Part shown: in pieces, positions 59,144 through 64,000 of the stretch
How the letters are laid out: every line of letters starts with the position of its first letter
Numbering within the stretch: position 1 is the first letter of the stretch
DNA from: Perkinsela sp. CCAP 1560/9
Lineage: Eukaryota > Protista > Euglenozoa: Kinetoplastea
DNA length: 64,000 nucleotides
Assembly (NCBI GenBank): GCA_965644495.1
Contig: CBFFSA010000005.1
Coordinates: 620,001 to 684,000 of the forward strand
Direction: 5' to 3'
Made by a program: the position numbers and the translations under genes
The notes under the pieces: generated by a model
Told to the model about the DNA's origin: nothing
Databases searched by the model: none
What the model saw: only the letters and a program-made list of their open reading frames with translations

Positions 59144-62100
59144 GTAACCAACCAACCAACCAACCATCACTGGGATAATAAATTAATATGTCCCAGTTGA
59201 AAGCTTCACAAATTTCTCCTACCCATAAATCACTTTGGCGGTGTCCACAAAACTAACATATTCACCAGAATCTTTTCAAAAACATCTTGCAACAACTTCC
59301 ATGTATCCTAATCATTCGAGGTGGATGGCGTTCCAGTACTTAGTCAAAGAATTGTGATATGAAATCGACTTTTCATTTTCAGCACAAACGGTTTACCTAA
59401 TAAAACATTTTCACGCGAAACAACAGCATACCACCTTATCACACTATCCCTCACCTGTTCAGAAAATGCGATCAAGGGGGGTATGAGGGGGGTACCATTT
59501 CTTTGGTGTTCGTAATACGTTCTTAGTTCGCGATCTATCGTCTTTCCCCTGACGCTTTTCTGTCTTTTTGACGCAGTTCTCTCTTTTACTGGGTGTTTTT
59601 TGACGTGACCCCTTTGTTTCCAGACTTTCATAGCTTGGCTCATCATTCTCCTGGTATAACTGATTACTCCTCTTTCTTTGCGGAGCTCTAAATTTAACCC
59701 GATCACTAATAACAATACGTGCTACATGAGGCAACTGTTGATTTGACTCAATGTATTTTAGCCTTTTTGTGTTGTTGGACTGTACGCGTTCTTGTGATCT
59801 TGTGCGTTTCGTTTCCGTTTCTATCTCTGTATGTTTGCCTTTGCTAACTGTCCTACTTTTTGGCAATATTTTTACGTGCTCACCATGGGTGCATATTTGG
59901 CTAGAGGTTACCGATTTAAGTTTGCGCTGCATTTTGCTGCCATTAGAATCACCATTGGTATGGTTTTTGCGCTTGTCTTCTGCATGAGGAATCTCGCCGT
60001 AGAATCTCAAGGCCTTTTATCCCTTGCTTATTTTACTTGCTTGTTTAGCCACCCAGTCTGCCATATAATTATGTGGATTTTCGTTATGCGCTTTAACTTT
60101 TACGCAGTAGAAGCGCTTTGTCCCTCTTAGCGAAATATATGTTTCTTGCAATTTCTGAAGTATAGCGCCTCCCTCAAACGATTTAAATCCTATGAATCTG
60201 AACCTATGGATAGCTCCATGAAAGAAATCCCAAACATACTCAGAGTCCGTGTGCAAAATGACATCTCCATCGTAGGACAATGCGATGAGAAGAGCCTCGT
60301 GCGCGGCAAAGGATTCTATTTCTTGAATAGATTGAGAGAATTCATGAGGAGGTTTTAACCCAAGAGATATAGAGGGCTCGCGGCGGCGTAGGCAGACTAC
60401 CCCACAGCCTGTGTGAGTTTCATCCTTTTTAACGATTCGTGCTCCATCTGTATAAATGTGTGTTTCATTTGGCCCGATTGGAAATGGTTGCTGCCCTTCT
60501 TCAATGTATTGTAGGGTTTCGTAGCACCCCTTGTTTACCCCCTTTACCAAAAGATTTTCCCATAGTTTTGAAGTTGTTTTAGTGTACGAGGGCCTGGGTT
60601 CAAGCTGATTTTGAAGAATTTCAAGTTTCTTGCACCATTGAGACCGATTTTGACCAAGTTTTAGAATCTCATACGTCAGAATGTAACTCTTTTGCACATC
60701 TTTCTGATAGCGAGGGCTTGGAACTCTCATCATTCGTTCTCCATAGTACGGCAGTTACGAATGGAGTAGGGTGACGAATAAGGTGGCCTACTAGCGAGGC
60801 ACGTTGCAATTGTATCACAGTATTGGGCTTTAGGTCAGTGGGGTAAAGAGAGTCTACTCTGCAATGCGCCTCTTTCGAGCACTTGACTCCCAATACGACC
60901 CTCCTCATTCTGTTCATTTGGACTTCCACTTCATGTAGCTCTTTCTGATTTAAATTCCAAGTCCCTGGATTATAGTAGACCACTGATTGAACGAGGGACT
61001 TAAAGATGTGTAATTTTCTTTTTGGTGATATAGTAGAACCCCATATGGCTTTGAGTTTGCGCATTATTGCACAACCTAATCGTACACGTTCTTGTGAGTT
61101 TGAGCTGCGATCCTCCTCGTTCTGAGTGCTACGCAAGTAGCGATAAGATGTAACTTTTGGTATATCGCCGAGTGTCGCTACTTGCAGAGGTCTTCCATCA
61201 TCCTTAACTTTACCTAGTGTCATCCATGCCGTTTTGTTTGGTCCGACATTTATTTTCAAATTAGCTTTTTCTGCGGAAGTTTTAAGTTTGTGCAACATTG
61301 TGCTTAGCTCCTCCTTGGATTCGGAGAAGAGAACTATATCATTCTTCTTCTGTATGGTGTTTTCACGTGCGATATGAGATTTTGATAAATACACATGATC
61401 GTAGAACTGAGATTTTCAGAAATATCTAAAGCACGTAATGTCTCTTTTATCGCAGCGAATGATAATGAAGGAAAGGCTTGTTGAAAGTCGACGAAACAGA
61501 CGAACACCCCAGCCCCTCGGCGCGATTTTTCCATTATTTCTAAAAACGTTGCCTGAGCGCCAGCTGTTGAGCGGTTAGGTCGAAATCCGAATTGATTCCC
61601 GCGAAGCGAACTTTCCACTGCTGGTTGTATTCTGTCTAAAATGATTCGATTCAAAATCTTCACTACATGATTCACAAGACAGATTGGTCTCCAATTTGTG
61701 AGTGAGCGCAAGTTACCTTTCTTTGGCAATGGGACCTGCAATATCGATTTCCAAGATTCATCCGCTTTTCCGGTTTTTCGTACTTCGTTCATTATATCCA
61801 GGAGAGCATTACGCAAGTCTTGATCAGCTGAAATAGCACGTAGAGCTTCAACCGGGATATTATCATCGCCTGTAGCTTTTCCTGACTTAATCTTTACCAT
61901 CGCAGCAGTTAGTTCCTCCACTCGAAATTCACCATCATCAATTTTTGCCAGTCGTTTTGGTGCAGTAGGTAAACTTATTGCTTCATGACCTTTGTAAGCA
62001 CTACCCCCTACCATGCTGAAATGATTCTTCACTATATTAAGGCTGCTGTTTACCGTAGTTGAAAATAGCGGAAAATCTTGCTTCTTGTCCCCTACAATTT

Positions 62101-63756
62101 TTCGAATTGTTCTGTACGCGGATTTTGGAGTTGATTTAAGCTCTTTTTCCAGGGCGTCGCACTCATTTATAATAGAGGAGTCTAGTTTTTCAGAGAATTC
62201 TTTTGATGCAGTAGCAAACATAGTTTTATTGCCCACGATCTTCAGCAGAGACTTCATGACAAATCCGGATAGATCTGTTTCAGCATCAATGCGAATTTCT
62301 TTTGCGTTACTAGTTTTATTGGGAAGACTAGATGCGGACACTCTAACAGCAGAAGAGAGTCTTGTCCAAGATATTTCGCTGGCCTTATCTATTTCCATTT
62401 TTGGCGCGTTTTCGGACTTCTCATCCTCCGACCGAATTCTTTTTGGCACAGATTTTAATGATTCCTTTACTTTCGAAACAAACTTATTTCGGATTTCATC
62501 ATTTTTCAATGCCTCCCAAAAAGGCTTTTGTTGAGACAGTTTTTGATTTTTCCATCGAAAATTGAAGTTCGATGTCAAAGCACAATGTCTGGTAGGTATG
62601 GGTGCGATGTGGCATTTTGTGGATCGTATAGAAGAGAAAAACCTTTTGTTATCAACGATGTGGTCAAGTTGCTTGGTCATTCCCTCTGGATGCCGACGAG
62701 TTTTAGGAAACCTATACGTCCATTTTCTTCTTGCACAACAGCCTTCATGCACAGATTGAGCTCCAAGCGAGCATAGTAGCTTTCGTAACTGTTTTGCACG
62801 CTTTGTATAACATTTCCTCCCCCCTGGGTTTAGTAGCGGCGAATTTAGATCTCCACTAATGATTCTTACCATACCATCATCTTCATAACATGCATCGAAT
62901 AAGTCTTCGTCAAAACTTTGTTGCGTCGATTTGTTAGCTTTCGCTGTAGGTGAATAGACGTTGTAAATGCAGGCTTTCGTTTCACCTAGAATGAAGTGTC
63001 CACTCATAATGCGATCGCTAATCTTCTGAACAGATAGAGGTTTAGTGCTCAAAAATGCCATGCCATTGTACCCGTTGATTGCACTCATCAGGTAGAGGTG
63101 AAGTGAGATGCCGTTTAAAAAGAGCTGCCTATGTAAAATAGAATCCTTATCATCAAATTTTAACCTTGTTTCCTGAAGCGCCATGATGTCAACATGTTGA
63201 CTCCTCATGAGACCTGCCACTTGATATAGTCTAATCGACTTCCGAAGCGTGAAAGTATCAGTCGCTTTGACTTTCAAGGTGTCCACTTTTAGGGTACTTA
63301 TCGTAAAACCCCCTCTCTTAGCATTCTTCTCGGATCCCTGACCCCGGTAGCCACTTCGAGGACAGTTGGTGCGTTTCCTATTTCGTTTGGATTTCCATTT
63401 TCCCAAGAAACCTACCCTACCACCCAGAATTTGAACTCGTTCATCTTTCGGAGGAAACAGGAAAAGGCGATCATCCACTAAATCATACTTCACTAGACGT
63501 CTACCGTCCGGAAGCATAGATTTAACAGTCCCCTCCCACAACCTCGTACGTAAATCATATGACATACTCCAGGCAACAGCAGAGCGTTTTCCAGGAGACA
63601 AAAGACATGACATTCGAAACAGGTCCCGCGGCCGGAGTTTGGCTACTCCCCATTTCCGCTTTTTAGGTAGAAACAGGTTTCCCCGACAACACGTGGCCAA
63701 TCGGAGTTTTTCTTTGACCGCCAAGAAACCCCAAAAGGTCCGGACGCCTCCGCCAA
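59144..63756 (-). mobile_element. LINE family L4, near full length, with an internal deletion removing QG..YADD; (GGTT)n tail
   Basis: ORFs 61334-63724 (N-terminal domain, APE, RT), 60669-61394 (thumb), 60017-60733 (YTDG, HTDS, KAH RNase H); tail aaccaaccaacc at ~59146-59166. Confidence 0.88.
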
Positions 63757-63899
63757 ATTATTATTAATTGCCATTAATAAAAATTGTTATCTTAATAAAA
63801 ATTGTTATCTTAATAAAAATTGTTATCTTAATAAAAATTGTTATCTTAATAAAAATTGTTATCTTAATAAAAATTGTTATCTTAATAAAAATTGTTATC
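63757..63899 (-). repeat. 18-bp tandem array (TTTTTATTAAGATAACAA, ~7 units) plus hairpin at the 5' end of L4
   Basis: LIKIVI x7 on the plus strand; sense strand ttattaat-ggca-attaataa-taat-TTGGCGGAGGCGTCCGG. Confidence 0.95.
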
Positions 63900-64000
63900 G
63901 ACATATATCTATCGACATATCTATCGACATATAGCTATCGACATATACGTGGAACTCCTCAGGCCTAACTCCTCAGGCTGTTGGGATCACTCGCACTTCT

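Noticed and set aside
59344-60010. Independent genes downstream of the L4 RNase H
   Set aside because: Low-complexity basic sequence between RNase H and the (GGTT)n tail; most likely the LINE C-terminal extension or 3' region.

Overview
This is a repeat-saturated stretch, almost certainly eukaryotic (probably protist), with no recognisable host housekeeping gene. It is a nest of mobile elements. (1) At least five divergent families of single-ORF non-LTR retrotransposons, each with an N-terminal domain, APE endonuclease, RTE-like RT and RNase H. All copies carry stops, frameshifts or truncations; the best preserved is 39690-43985. (2) A decayed autonomous Helitron-type element on the minus strand at ~46.7-54.4 kb (HUH Rep, PIF1 helicase, Ulp1/C48-like protease, separate C2H2 ORF), plus scattered Helitron fragments. 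(3) Two families of 0.8-0.9 kb non-coding elements (here called HINE-A and HINE-B) with a large hairpin at one end and a small hairpin plus CAAT at the other, resembling non-autonomous Helentrons. (4) Two tRNA-headed SINE families (S1, many copies; S2, one copy). (5) TA-flanked MITEs, pogo-like and IS30-like transposase fragments, minisatellites, a ~3.7 kb inverted segmental duplication and a ~0.9 kb palindrome. The most striking unexplained pattern concerns the four LINEs whose 5' end is preserved. Each starts with a tandem array of its own 18-bp T-rich unit. The last partial unit folds into a short hairpin ending at a conserved (A/T)TGGCG(G/A)A(T/G)GC(T/G)TCCGG (MA[D/K/E]ASG) start, which is followed by a shared uncharacterised N-terminal domain. 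All calls come from visual motif recognition only; no database searches were run and many boundaries are approximate.
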